Positions 38,378 through 47,325 of a DNA stretch of 61,357 bases are shown in pieces. A program made the position numbers and the translations under genes. Location: assembly GCA_049317985.1 (NCBI GenBank), contig JBMOHF010000005.1, forward strand, positions 1 to 61,357. Reading direction: 5' to 3'. Source of the stretch: Patescibacteria group bacterium. Its GTDB lineage: Bacteria > Patescibacteriota > Patescibacteriia > Patescibacteriales > UBA12465. Each line of letters begins with the position of its first letter. Positions within the stretch are counted from its first letter, which is position 1. A model generated the notes under the pieces. It did not search any database, had not been told where the DNA came from, and saw only the letters and a list, made by a program, of their open reading frames with translations.

Positions 38378-39406
38378 TTATTGTAAATTATCCTGTGGCA
38401 TTCCAACACACTGGAAACCCTCTTTAATATTTCCAGTTCTAATATTGAAAGGGACTGGGCAAACACAATTTTGATCAAAAAATATTTTGCCAATTTGACA
38501 GATTTTATTTTCAACAACCGGAATCTTCTTAATAATTTCTCCGGCGACACATTTTCCATTATACAAATCAATAGTTGAGCATTCTGAACCATCCTTAAAA
38601 TTACAGACTGATTGCGGTACTGCGAATGTTTCTCCACCTAGCCAGGCACAATAATTTTGATCAATCGTGTCATAACCAGTAGTTCTTCTGCCACCGACAG
38701 GACAATCACCACGCAACAGTGCCCATTCTTCGCAAGCCCGATTATCTTCAAAGCGACATAAACCAAATTCACCGCCATCCCCTCTTTTTGAAATAATTAA
38801 ATCGCCTCCCTGCTCCACGCAGTTTACTGAGGCAGGATTTGCTAATTGAGCTGGTTGGCTTATTTCCACTATTTGGTTATTTGATAACTGAAAATCCTTT
38901 GAGACACTAACGGAAGGTGTGACACTCATTGCTTCCCCCGGTTTTCGATCAAAATAATTAATAGTAAGTTTTCCTTTATTAATCTCGGAAATTTGCGGCA
39001 CAATTCGATCTCCCAACAGAATTGTATTGAGACTCTGATATCCTTGAGCTGAAGCCAGTGCAACAGTAATATAGAAAAAAGTACCACTACCACCAGTCTC
39101 CTGGGTTAAGATGAAGGCTTTATCTTCCCTGCCATCGGCGTTTAAATCGCCAATTGCGTCAAAACCAAAATATCTTGTAACAATTTTGGAGGCCGATCCG
39201 GGAGTGACAGAAGATTCGGCAAAGCCATCCTTCAAAGCAACCGGAACACCATCGATAATATATGTTCCATCTTTTAAACTTAACTTTCCACCTGTCTGAA
39301 GATAAACATTATGGTTTGTGAAATTAAACCGATAAATCCCCGCCATGACGATTATTAGAAAAACGCCAAGAATGGAAGCCGCGGCGATGATAAAGATTTT
39401 TTTCAT
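38378..39406 (-). CDS. membrane-anchored DUF333-domain protein
   Basis: LANPASVNCVEQGG...GLCRF...CEEWALLRGDC plus a second degenerate copy. Confidence 0.78.
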   Translation of the reverse strand: MKKIFIIAAASILGVFLIIVMAGIYRFNFTNHNVYLQTGGKLSLKDGTYIIDGVPVALKDGFAESSVTPGSASKIVTRYFGFDAIGDLNADGREDKAFILTQETGGSGTFFYITVALASAQGYQSLNTILLGDRIVPQISEINKGKLTINYFDRKPGEAMSVTPSVSVSKDFQLSNNQIVEISQPAQLANPASVNCVEQGGDLIISKRGDGGEFGLCRFEDNRACEEWALLRGDCPVGGRRTTGYDTIDQNYCAWLGGETFAVPQSVCNFKDGSECSTIDLYNGKCVAGEIIKKIPVVENKICQIGKIFFDQNCVCPVPFNIRTGNIKEGFQCVGMPQDNLQ

Positions 39407-39553
39407 AGCTTTAAATTTAAATAATTATCAATCATTCTTAAAATATAGTTAAGAACAGATTTAATTCATGATACATACCACAATAATACTCTTGACCCAG
39501 TTAAATGGACAGCTCGCAAAAAAAATGAAGGCATGCGCCCCATTTTAATTTAA

Positions 39554-39988
39554 TTATTTTGTTTTGTATTTCTTTTGAAAATCTTCTTGGTCACCGAATT
39601 TAGCAAAATCTTGTTTAACTTGATCTTCTTGGATCTTAAATCCTGGTTTATTCTCATGCATAATCCCGCACCAATACTTTTCTGTCCGACCAGCAACTTC
39701 CTTCAAATAGAGAAAGACGCCGTTGGCATAACCGCAATACATGCAACCTAATTTTTCAAGTCCATTGAGATATGCCAATTTATTGCGATCAAAAATTAAA
39801 ATGTACTCCGAACGTTTAACCCGCTCGATTTTATAGATCGGGAAACAAATTGCCTGATACAAAGCTGATAGTAAATCAACTAAAATAATAAACGGCAATG
39901 GCAACCAAATAAAGGGAGCCGATAGAACATGAAGCCAAAGCCTCTTGGATTGATATTTACGATAATTCATAGACTTGGATTGTATCAA
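39554..39988 (-). CDS. conserved hypothetical membrane protein
   Basis: CMYCGYANG and TEKYWCGIMH motifs. Confidence 0.65.
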   Translation of the reverse strand: MIQSKSMNYRKYQSKRLWLHVLSAPFIWLPLPFIILVDLLSALYQAICFPIYKIERVKRSEYILIFDRNKLAYLNGLEKLGCMYCGYANGVFLYLKEVAGRTEKYWCGIMHENKPGFKIQEDQVKQDFAKFGDQEDFQKKYKTK

Positions 39989-40013
39989 GTAGTTGATTAA
40001 ATAGCAAAAATAA

Positions 40014-40811
40014 TTATATTCTAGAGTTCAACCATTTCACTCCCTTGGTCACTAAAGACCGTGGCACAAATTTTACAATGACAGCTAAAAATTTATTTAA
40101 GATACCAGGAATTACAACCCGACGCCCTCTCATAAGCCCTTGATAGCCAACTCGTGCAACAAAGTCCGGTGTTAATCGAGCAAGAGCAGTAGTTCCGGCA
40201 ATATTTTCTCTCCCCGGGCTAGAAACTTTCCAAAAATTTGTATCAATCGGGCCTGGGCACAAAGCGGTGACGATAATTTTTCTTTCTACTAATTCTTCCG
40301 CTAAAGCCTCAGAAAAAGAAGAGACAAAAGCTTTGGCAGCATAATAGACATTCATGTTCGGACCAGGTTGAAAGGCAGCCATTGAAGAAATATTCAATAT
40401 TTTTGAATTATCAGGAGCTTGCCCAAGAAATTGATAGGTCAAATTGACCAATGCTTTAATGTCTAATTCAATTATAGCCAACTGTTTTTGCAAATCGAGA
40501 TTCACAAAAGAACCCAAAAGACCAAAACCCGCGTTGTTAACCAATATATCAATTTTTATCCCTTTGTTCTCAAGTGAAGGAAACACATTATTAACCGCCT
40601 GACAATTTGTTAAGTCGGCAACAATAATTTCCACGCTAATCTTGTATTTATTACTTAATTCAATTTTTGCCGAAGAAAGATGACTTCCGTTGCGACTAAC
40701 CAGAACTAAGGAATAACCGTCGGCAGCAAAAAGTTTGGCAAGTTCGAATCCAAGACCACTGGCACCACCCGTAATTAAGACTGTTTTATTTTTCATATAA
40801 GTCTGAAACAA
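40014..40811 (-). CDS. SDR family oxidoreductase (DltE-like)
   Basis: TGGASGLG, NNAG, YYAAK and CPGP motifs. Confidence 0.9.
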   Translation of the reverse strand: MFQTYMKNKTVLITGGASGLGFELAKLFAADGYSLVLVSRNGSHLSSAKIELSNKYKISVEIIVADLTNCQAVNNVFPSLENKGIKIDILVNNAGFGLLGSFVNLDLQKQLAIIELDIKALVNLTYQFLGQAPDNSKILNISSMAAFQPGPNMNVYYAAKAFVSSFSEALAEELVERKIIVTALCPGPIDTNFWKVSSPGRENIAGTTALARLTPDFVARVGYQGLMRGRRVVIPGILNKFLAVIVKFVPRSLVTKGVKWLNSRI

Positions 40812-41573
40812 TTACAAACTCCTAATCCACTTACTTAATAGTTCTTTTATCTCTTGAAGTTTATTTTTATCGCGAAAAGTGTGAGGAGAACCTTTAATAA
40901 TGTGTATTTCTTTTTGACAAGGTAATTTATCAAATAAAATCTTTTGATGTTTAAACGGCGTGCAATTATCTAGCTCCCCAACAGCAATAAATGTCGGCAT
41001 TGTTAATTTATCGGCATCAATTAATAGATCATACTTTTCTTTTTCCTTCATATATGACCACTTTAAACGAATTGGTTCTTTCCAACCCCAATCTTCAGTG
41101 AGCCAACCCGTCTTTTCCCAATCTAATAATTGATCGGCGGTATATTCTTCTTTGGCTAAATTTGCATTGACAACTGATGAAAACGGGGCAAGTGCTTTTA
41201 CTTCTTCCGGATAATTTTCGGCATAAAAAACTGAAGCTGTGGCCCCCAAACTATGCCCACATAGAACAAATGGTTCTTGATAAAAATCTTGTTCTTTTGA
41301 CCAATTAATTACGTCAACAAAATCTTCATAATAATTTGTAATATTTGCTTCCTGAAACGTTCCCTCACTTTCACCGTAAGTATTTGCGGCATCAAAAGTA
41401 ATTACGGTGTAATTATTATCAAAAAAGCAACCAGCAAAAGCTCGGATATGCAATGAGTCTTTCGAATCTCCAAGCCCGTGCATCACAAAAGCCAAACCTT
41501 TTTGGTCTTCGGATTTCTCAACCACGACCGCAAGTTTTTTGTTGTTACGATTAGTAATGAATATTTTTTGCAT
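40812..41573 (-). CDS. alpha/beta hydrolase
   Basis: HGLG and GHSLG, with C-terminal Asp/His. Confidence 0.85.
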   Translation of the reverse strand: MQKIFITNRNNKKLAVVVEKSEDQKGLAFVMHGLGDSKDSLHIRAFAGCFFDNNYTVITFDAANTYGESEGTFQEANITNYYEDFVDVINWSKEQDFYQEPFVLCGHSLGATASVFYAENYPEEVKALAPFSSVVNANLAKEEYTADQLLDWEKTGWLTEDWGWKEPIRLKWSYMKEKEKYDLLIDADKLTMPTFIAVGELDNCTPFKHQKILFDKLPCQKEIHIIKGSPHTFRDKNKLQEIKELLSKWIRSL

Positions 41574-41648
41574 ATGTTTTATTATAACTCAAAATTGATA
41601 ATCAAAAATCCCAACTTTAAGAGCTGGGTTTTTATTTTTCTAATTTTC

Positions 41649-42410
41649 TTAGTTGCTATTACTTTCCTTAACTTTCTTAAAAGCTTCTTCAACGGTGGTC
41701 ATAAATTGCGCTGGGAAAATAATTGTTGAATTCTTCTCGACACTGATTTCGGCCATTGTCTGAAGGGTGCGGAGTTGTAAAGCAACTGGATGAGCGGCCA
41801 TAATATCAGCAGCTTCTCCCAATTTCACAGCGGCTTGAAACTCACCTTCAGCGGCAACTATCTTTGCCCGTCTCTCACGTTCCGCTTCAGCCTCCTTCGC
41901 CATCGCTCTTTGCATGTTATCTGGCAAAATAATATCTTTAATCTCAACTGCAGTGACTTCAGCCCCCCAAGGTTCGGTGTGGGTATCAATAACATTTTTG
42001 ATTTGTTCGTTAATTTGAGCGGTCTGAGAGAGTAATTGATCTAATTGGAATTGACCAACAATATTTCTAACTGTGGTCTGACTAATCTGATTGACTGCCT
42101 GATAAACATTTTCAATCGCAATAACTGATTTTGAAGCTTCAACAATATGATAATAGGCGACTGCAGCGATATCAATGGAAACATTATCCTTCGTAATAAT
42201 CTTTTGTGAAGGAATATCCATCGTAATTGTACGCAAAGTGACCCGACTCATTCTTTCAAAGATTGGAATCACAAAAATTAAACCTGGTCCGCGCATGCCA
42301 GTGTATTTTCCTAAAAGAAAAATTACCGCCCGCTCATATTGCTTAACTACCTTCAGTCCGCTTGCCAAAACAATAATGATAAAAGCACCAATGATAGTGA
42401 AAATGTTCAT
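41649..42410 (-). CDS. SPFH/stomatin-like (slipin) protein
   Basis: [23 protein letters not shown] and ALQLRTLQT. Confidence 0.92.
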   Translation of the reverse strand: MNIFTIIGAFIIIVLASGLKVVKQYERAVIFLLGKYTGMRGPGLIFVIPIFERMSRVTLRTITMDIPSQKIITKDNVSIDIAAVAYYHIVEASKSVIAIENVYQAVNQISQTTVRNIVGQFQLDQLLSQTAQINEQIKNVIDTHTEPWGAEVTAVEIKDIILPDNMQRAMAKEAEAERERRAKIVAAEGEFQAAVKLGEAADIMAAHPVALQLRTLQTMAEISVEKNSTIIFPAQFMTTVEEAFKKVKESNSN

Positions 42411-42552
42411 AATATTATTTTAAATAATTTAGTGTTTGCATTATACCAAGAAATCGAAGAAAAGTCAATTATATTGACAAATATCGAGATATACATTAAA
42501 GTCTAAAAACATAAAATTCCTTAAAAATCTAATACTAACCTAAATCATCACA

Positions 42553-43208
42553 ATGGACGCAAAAAAATATTACGAAACAGAGCAAGCATGCTTACACTAT
42601 TTTAATTTCTTAACTCAATCTGAATTTTGTCTTATAACTACACATGGGATTAAAATGTTAAGAGATCATAAACAAACCATGAATTTATCTAACGGAGTGA
42701 TGGTTGATCTCGGCGCTGGTCCCGGAACATCGATACCAATGTTTATAAACAATTTTAAACTTCAGAAATGCATCTTGGTTGATTCATCGACCGAAATGAA
42801 CAAAATTGCAAAAAATGTACTAAGTTGTTACGGTGATGCGATTGAGATTCAAAGAGCGGATTTACGAGATGATCAAATTTGTGTACCAAATGCATCTGTT
42901 GATCTAGTAATTTCTTTCTCTGCTCTATCCTACCTAAAATTTCTTGATAACTCGATTGAAGAAAGCTCTCGAATGCACAAAGCAAACGGCCTCTTACTCT
43001 TCAATGATTTTTTCCACAATAAAAAGCCGAGTATTATAGGCACGGATGCACCAAAAGTGATCTCGAATTTTATGATCACTCTTGGAATGAATTTTCTGAA
43101 TTGATCAAAGCAAATTCTTTAAGAGTGATACACTCATTCGAACTCGAAAAAACTCAAATGACAAATTATGAAGCAACTCATAAATTATTACTTCTCCAAA
43201 AATTATAA
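42553..43208 (+). pseudogene. class I SAM-dependent methyltransferase split by a -1 shift at about 43021-43026
   Basis: DLGAGPG motif. The -1 frame after AAT-AAA-AAG continues AEYYRHGCTKSDLEFYDHSWNEFSELIKANSLRVIHSF...HKLLLLQKL to TAA at 43206-43208, just before a terminator. Confidence 0.65.
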
Positions 43209-43224
43209 AAGACAATGATTATTT

Positions 43225-43253
43225 AAAACTCTGGATGCGTCCAGAGTTTTTTT
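43225..43253. terminator. bidirectional intrinsic terminator
   Basis: AAAACTCTGGA-TGCG-TCCAGAGTTTT. Confidence 0.78.
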
Positions 43254-43286
43254 ATTATGAACATCGAAATTATTTATCAAAGACGA

Positions 43287-43553
43287 CTATTTTAAAGTAT
43301 TATATTTATTCGTAATTAATAGTAACTTCTCTGCTCTACTCAATTTCTTTATTCTTGCCTCCTCAACGGATGCAGCAGAACGACCAATAAATTTTTTTTG
43401 ATAAACTAGCTTGACTGGTCGATTGGCAGTAGTATATTTCGCGCCTTTAACACCTTTTTGATGTTCAAGAAAACGACGTTCAAGATTGGTGGTTATACCA
43501 GTATAAAGTGTCCCGCCGCGGCATTCTAAGATATATACGTAGTAGTCCGTCAT
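43287..43553 (-). CDS. GIY-YIG nuclease (YhbQ/UPF0213-like)
   Basis: YVYIL...LYTGIT...RR...H...GAKYT. Confidence 0.9.
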   Translation of the reverse strand: MTDYYVYILECRGGTLYTGITTNLERRFLEHQKGVKGAKYTTANRPVKLVYQKKFIGRSAASVEEARIKKLSRAEKLLLITNKYNTLK

Positions 43554-43557
43554 TCGA

Positions 43558-43968
43558 TTACTTTTTGGTTGGACTTGTAAGCGCCGTACAAACTGTTAGC
43601 TCTTCCTCACTCTTAACCAACCTAAACTCTCCCTGGTGTTCCCAAAAAGAATGTGCACCTCCTTCTGTCTGAAACTTAGCGCCGCTAGCAGAAAGAGCGG
43701 GAATCATTTCGTATGGGGTTTCAATGCCGTCTTTAGTGACGTGCAAAGAGAGCCTCTCCATAATTCCATCATTATCTGGAGAATAGTAAATTGCTGACAC
43801 AAAATAACCATTGGTGCAGGATAGTTCGACTTCGGTCGCATTGATACCGGGGATGATATCACCACTATTTGTAAAATTAAAACGAATAAAGCCAGCAACT
43901 GCGATCAATAAAATTAAAAGAATAATTGCCCCACCAATAAAATAAAATTGAATTTTAGCTTTTTTCAT
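43558..43968 (-). CDS. MliC-like (lysozyme inhibitor) membrane-anchored protein
   Basis: ALSASGAKF and FWEHQGE motifs, with two Cys. Confidence 0.65.
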   Translation of the reverse strand: MKKAKIQFYFIGGAIILLILLIAVAGFIRFNFTNSGDIIPGINATEVELSCTNGYFVSAIYYSPDNDGIMERLSLHVTKDGIETPYEMIPALSASGAKFQTEGGAHSFWEHQGEFRLVKSEEELTVCTALTSPTKK

Positions 43969-43974
43969 AAATAA

Positions 43975-44304
43975 TTATTTTTTTTTCTTAATTTTTGGTT
44001 CTGGTAAATTATCATAAGTAATCTGAATCAATTCGCATAGCCATTCACCATCCTCAATTCTGTCTTCATCGATCAGCATCGATTCTTTGGCGCCGGGATA
44101 AGCAAAGCCTTCCTCATAGTAGCCACCAACAAAATCTTTCCCAGCTGAGGTAATTTTTACGTACAAAATATTATCACAAACTAAGGCAACGACCTTACCA
44201 CAATAATATAGCGCATATTCACCAAACATTTTACGTGTGGAAATATTTTCTAGTGGAAGAAGCTGGTCGAGAAGATAATCAACTGTTGTTTGTTTGGTGG
44301 CCAT
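43975..44304 (-). CDS. TfoX/Sxy N-terminal domain protein
   Basis: RKMFGEYALY...VALVCDNILYVK. Confidence 0.85.
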   Translation of the reverse strand: MATKQTTVDYLLDQLLPLENISTRKMFGEYALYYCGKVVALVCDNILYVKITSAGKDFVGGYYEEGFAYPGAKESMLIDEDRIEDGEWLCELIQITYDNLPEPKIKKKK

Positions 44305-44312
44305 ATTTGTAA

Positions 44313-45083
44313 TTACACAATAAAACTAGTCATAGAAATACTGCCATGAGCAATACCCTTTGCAAAGTAAGTTACTTTCTTATCTTTTTCCTGAAGAGCG
44401 AGAATGTATAGGAGTGGTAAATAATGTTCTGGAGTTGGGATTGCTAATTTAGAATCAACCCCCAAGTGAGAGTAATTGATTAATGGTTCATGTTCTCCGC
44501 TCTCAATAGATTTTAAAACCTTATTTTCAAAATCTTGTGCCCAAGGAAAAGGCGTGGCGTCTTCTTTATCTTCAATTAGGCCAAGATTATGAACAATGTC
44601 ACCACTACCGATAATCATAATCCCTTGTTCACGCAAAGGTCGCAAAGCTTCACCAATCTGATAATGCCTTTCTGGCGACAGGCTGTAATCAATACTTAAC
44701 TGCACAACAGGCACCTTGGCCCCTGGAAATAATGAATTGAGCGGAACCCAGGCGCCATGATCAATCCCCCATTCATTGTTTATTTTGACTTCAACAATCG
44801 GTGTAAGCATTTTTATAACTTCCGCGGCCAACTCTGGCGAACCCACCGGGTTATACTGCAAGGAATAAAGTTCCTCTGGGAAACCGTAGAAATCAAAAAT
44901 TTGTTTGGGCTGGAAAAGAGTGGAAACTGCAGTTTCATTAATATACCAATGAGCGGAAATAACGAGGATTGATTTTGGTTTTTCTAATTTCTCACCCAGA
45001 GTCTGCCAAGACTGACGATATTTATTATCATCAAGAGCAGTCATTGGGCTTCCATGTCCAACAAAAATTGCAGGAATTTTCAT
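44313..45083 (-). CDS. ygiD: 4,5-DOPA extradiol dioxygenase (LigB family)
   Basis: GHGSPM, ISAHW, DFYGFP, GIDHGAW, GSGDIVHN and PTPEHYLPL. Confidence 0.88.
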   Translation of the reverse strand: MKIPAIFVGHGSPMTALDDNKYRQSWQTLGEKLEKPKSILVISAHWYINETAVSTLFQPKQIFDFYGFPEELYSLQYNPVGSPELAAEVIKMLTPIVEVKINNEWGIDHGAWVPLNSLFPGAKVPVVQLSIDYSLSPERHYQIGEALRPLREQGIMIIGSGDIVHNLGLIEDKEDATPFPWAQDFENKVLKSIESGEHEPLINYSHLGVDSKLAIPTPEHYLPLLYILALQEKDKKVTYFAKGIAHGSISMTSFIV

Positions 45084-45225
45084 AAAATATATTTTGCTAT
45101 TTAATAAGCAATTAAAATAGCATTCTTATATATTATACCAGTTATAGAGAGATAACTGAAATTTTTCAGAGAATATAGCATATTTAAAAAAAGCCACCTC
45201 AATAAAGCGGTGGCTAGTTCAAATA

Positions 45226-45687
45226 TTACCCGGCCTGTAAAAAATGAATTTTTTCTGTGATTCTCTTAATCGAGCTCTCGTCCATTATCTTCTCGGCTTC
45301 TTTAAGACAGGCTTGGTATTTCTGAACGGCTGACTGTCGATGGGAACTATTGCTATATTTTAATGTTCCGTTAGCAAAACCATCCATGTATTCATCGGCT
45401 TTTTTCGTCAGATACTCATATCTTTCTAAAAATCGCAGATAGTCATTATGACACTCGTAGATCCAGGCAGCTGCTTTTTGGTTATTTTCGAGGCAGATTC
45501 CGCTCCTTAAATTATCCCAAAATCCCGACTGGGACATAATTATCGTTCTATTAAAATACTGACCGATGATAAATGGTGTATCTTCATCGATCTCTAATAA
45601 TTTATCATAGGCAGAAGTCCAATCTTTTTTAGAATTAACTGCTTTTTGAAAAGCTTTAATTGCTTCAATTACTTGCACTGTTTTCAT
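45226..45687 (-). CDS. hypothetical protein
   Basis: 153-aa ORF with its own promoter (TTGACA 45771-45766, TAGAAT) and a terminator at about 45186-45215. Confidence 0.65.
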   Translation of the reverse strand: MKTVQVIEAIKAFQKAVNSKKDWTSAYDKLLEIDEDTPFIIGQYFNRTIIMSQSGFWDNLRSGICLENNQKAAAWIYECHNDYLRFLERYEYLTKKADEYMDGFANGTLKYSNSSHRQSAVQKYQACLKEAEKIMDESSIKRITEKIHFLQAG

Positions 45688-45858
45688 GGTTTATAGAATT
45701 TTATTCAATAATTTATGATTTTTTAAATAACATTTAACTTAGTATTCTACAGCAAATAGCGCTTTTGTCAATACAAAAAAATGTTTATTAACTGATTTAT
45801 TTAAAAAACAGACCTTCATTTAAAAGGTCTGCGAGGATTATTAACTGTCTCTAGTTAA

Positions 45859-46233
45859 TTATTCTTTGATTAATATTTTTTCTCCTCGTAAAAAATAAAT
45901 CCCAGAAGAGTATCCCTGGAGATCAACTTTATATTCTCCAGCAGAATAACTTTTTCGCCAAACAACATTGTTTTTTTCGTCACTCAGTTCTAAGTCCATT
46001 TTTTCGTTCAAATTTACATTTATAAAGGACTGCACATCTGATAATAGATATACTTTATTAGATGGCTTAATTACGATTGTTTTGACATTAGGTTTTTGAG
46101 ATTGATTATTATTCAACTTTTTACTTTGCGGCAAAGTATTTTGCGCTTTTACGTCGCTTGTTAGACTCGCGAACGCGAAGATTGTAACTACAATAATCAT
46201 CGATATTGTTCCTAAAATTCTTTCTTTTTTCAT
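45859..46233 (-). CDS. secreted protein resembling a T9SS type-A C-terminal sorting domain
   Basis: Signal peptide ending VKA-Q; C-terminus VDLQGYSSGIYFLR...KILIKE. Confidence 0.6.
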   Translation of the reverse strand: MKKERILGTISMIIVVTIFAFASLTSDVKAQNTLPQSKKLNNNQSQKPNVKTIVIKPSNKVYLLSDVQSFINVNLNEKMDLELSDEKNNVVWRKSYSAGEYKVDLQGYSSGIYFLRGEKILIKE

Positions 46234-46445
46234 TTCTTTTGTTTTTTTTAATTAACGAAGTAGATTTTAAAGATAACATTTCATAATATAATTGTCAATA
46301 AAGATATTTTGTTAGAATTTTTGCGACTTTTCTTTTATTGATAATCATCTAATAAAAACAGCCTCTAAAAGAAGCTGTATTAATTTATTAGTCACTACAT
46401 ATTTTAATAGTGCTAACTCCAGAGTAAATATTTTTCTAACATTTA

Positions 46446-46682
46446 TTAGATAGCCTCATCAAAGTCATAAGATATTACGACAGGCATGACTTTGAAGGTA
46501 TTTTTTATTTTTGGATAACATTTAACATAATGAACAATGTCTTCTCTTGCCTCACTTTCTTCAGGCCTCAAAAGCGCAAGAGTTAATTCTGTTTCGGAAT
46601 AGGCTTTGCCCATTCTATTAATTCCGATAAAAGTTTCTCCAGCACTAACTGCGACAAACCTTTTGATTTCTAATGTTGCCAT
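46446..46682 (-). CDS. hypothetical protein
   Basis: 78-aa ORF coupled to the upstream ORF. Confidence 0.55.
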   Translation of the reverse strand: MATLEIKRFVAVSAGETFIGINRMGKAYSETELTLALLRPEESEAREDIVHYVKCYPKIKNTFKVMPVVISYDFDEAI

Positions 46683-46683
46683 T

Positions 46684-47202
46684 TTATCTTGTTTTAATTA
46701 ATACTGACCTGGTATGATCACTATCATACCACAAATAGTTGGAATTCTGATCGAATATGTAACATTTAGAATTGTTTCGCATAAAATTAATCATTGCTAC
46801 TAAATCCATTACGACACCTTCCTTTTTTAGCGAAAACATAACAAAGATTTCGTCAGCGAAAGATTCATGTATTGCTGTTTGATGATTTTCGATCAAATCA
46901 ACCAATTGCGCTTGCGTAAAATGATTATTAAAAAGATTTGGTTCAGTAGCCATTTGCAAAAATAATTGCAAATTTACTGACATGTGGTTATTTTCAATCG
47001 CAAAAATGGAAAATGGCTGACGACTGGTTTTTTCACTTGGGACATTAAGATCCTGGATGGTTAAACCCGGAACTGAATCACAATTAATATTACTAATAAT
47101 ATTTTTTTCTAACAACGTTTTTAACGTTTTAGAGTAATCGCAATCCAACAAAGCATCCATACTCTGCATGTTGCGTATCATTTCATAAAGAATTCTTCCC
47201 AT
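46684..47202 (-). CDS. hypothetical protein
   Basis: 172-aa ORF behind a TTGACA promoter and GATCTTTAAAA motif. Confidence 0.62.
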   Translation of the reverse strand: MGRILYEMIRNMQSMDALLDCDYSKTLKTLLEKNIISNINCDSVPGLTIQDLNVPSEKTSRQPFSIFAIENNHMSVNLQLFLQMATEPNLFNNHFTQAQLVDLIENHQTAIHESFADEIFVMFSLKKEGVVMDLVAMINFMRNNSKCYIFDQNSNYLWYDSDHTRSVLIKTR

Positions 47203-47325
47203 GGTTATCTAATATTAGTTATACATACATTTTAAAGATCAACAGTCTAATTTAACACTTTTAATCTATTATTGTCAATAACGAACACGATATAAAAAGG
47301 CTCAACGAGTGTTGAGCCTTAATGT

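Noticed and set aside
40735..40760. GTTCGAATCC T-loop-like motif suggesting a tRNA
   Set aside because: It lies inside the SDR coding sequence with no cloverleaf.
46265..46277. Apparent boxA copy GTTATCTTTAAAA
   Set aside because: It coincides with the extended -10 box (TG-T-TATCTT) 17 nt from TTGACA, so it was not counted.
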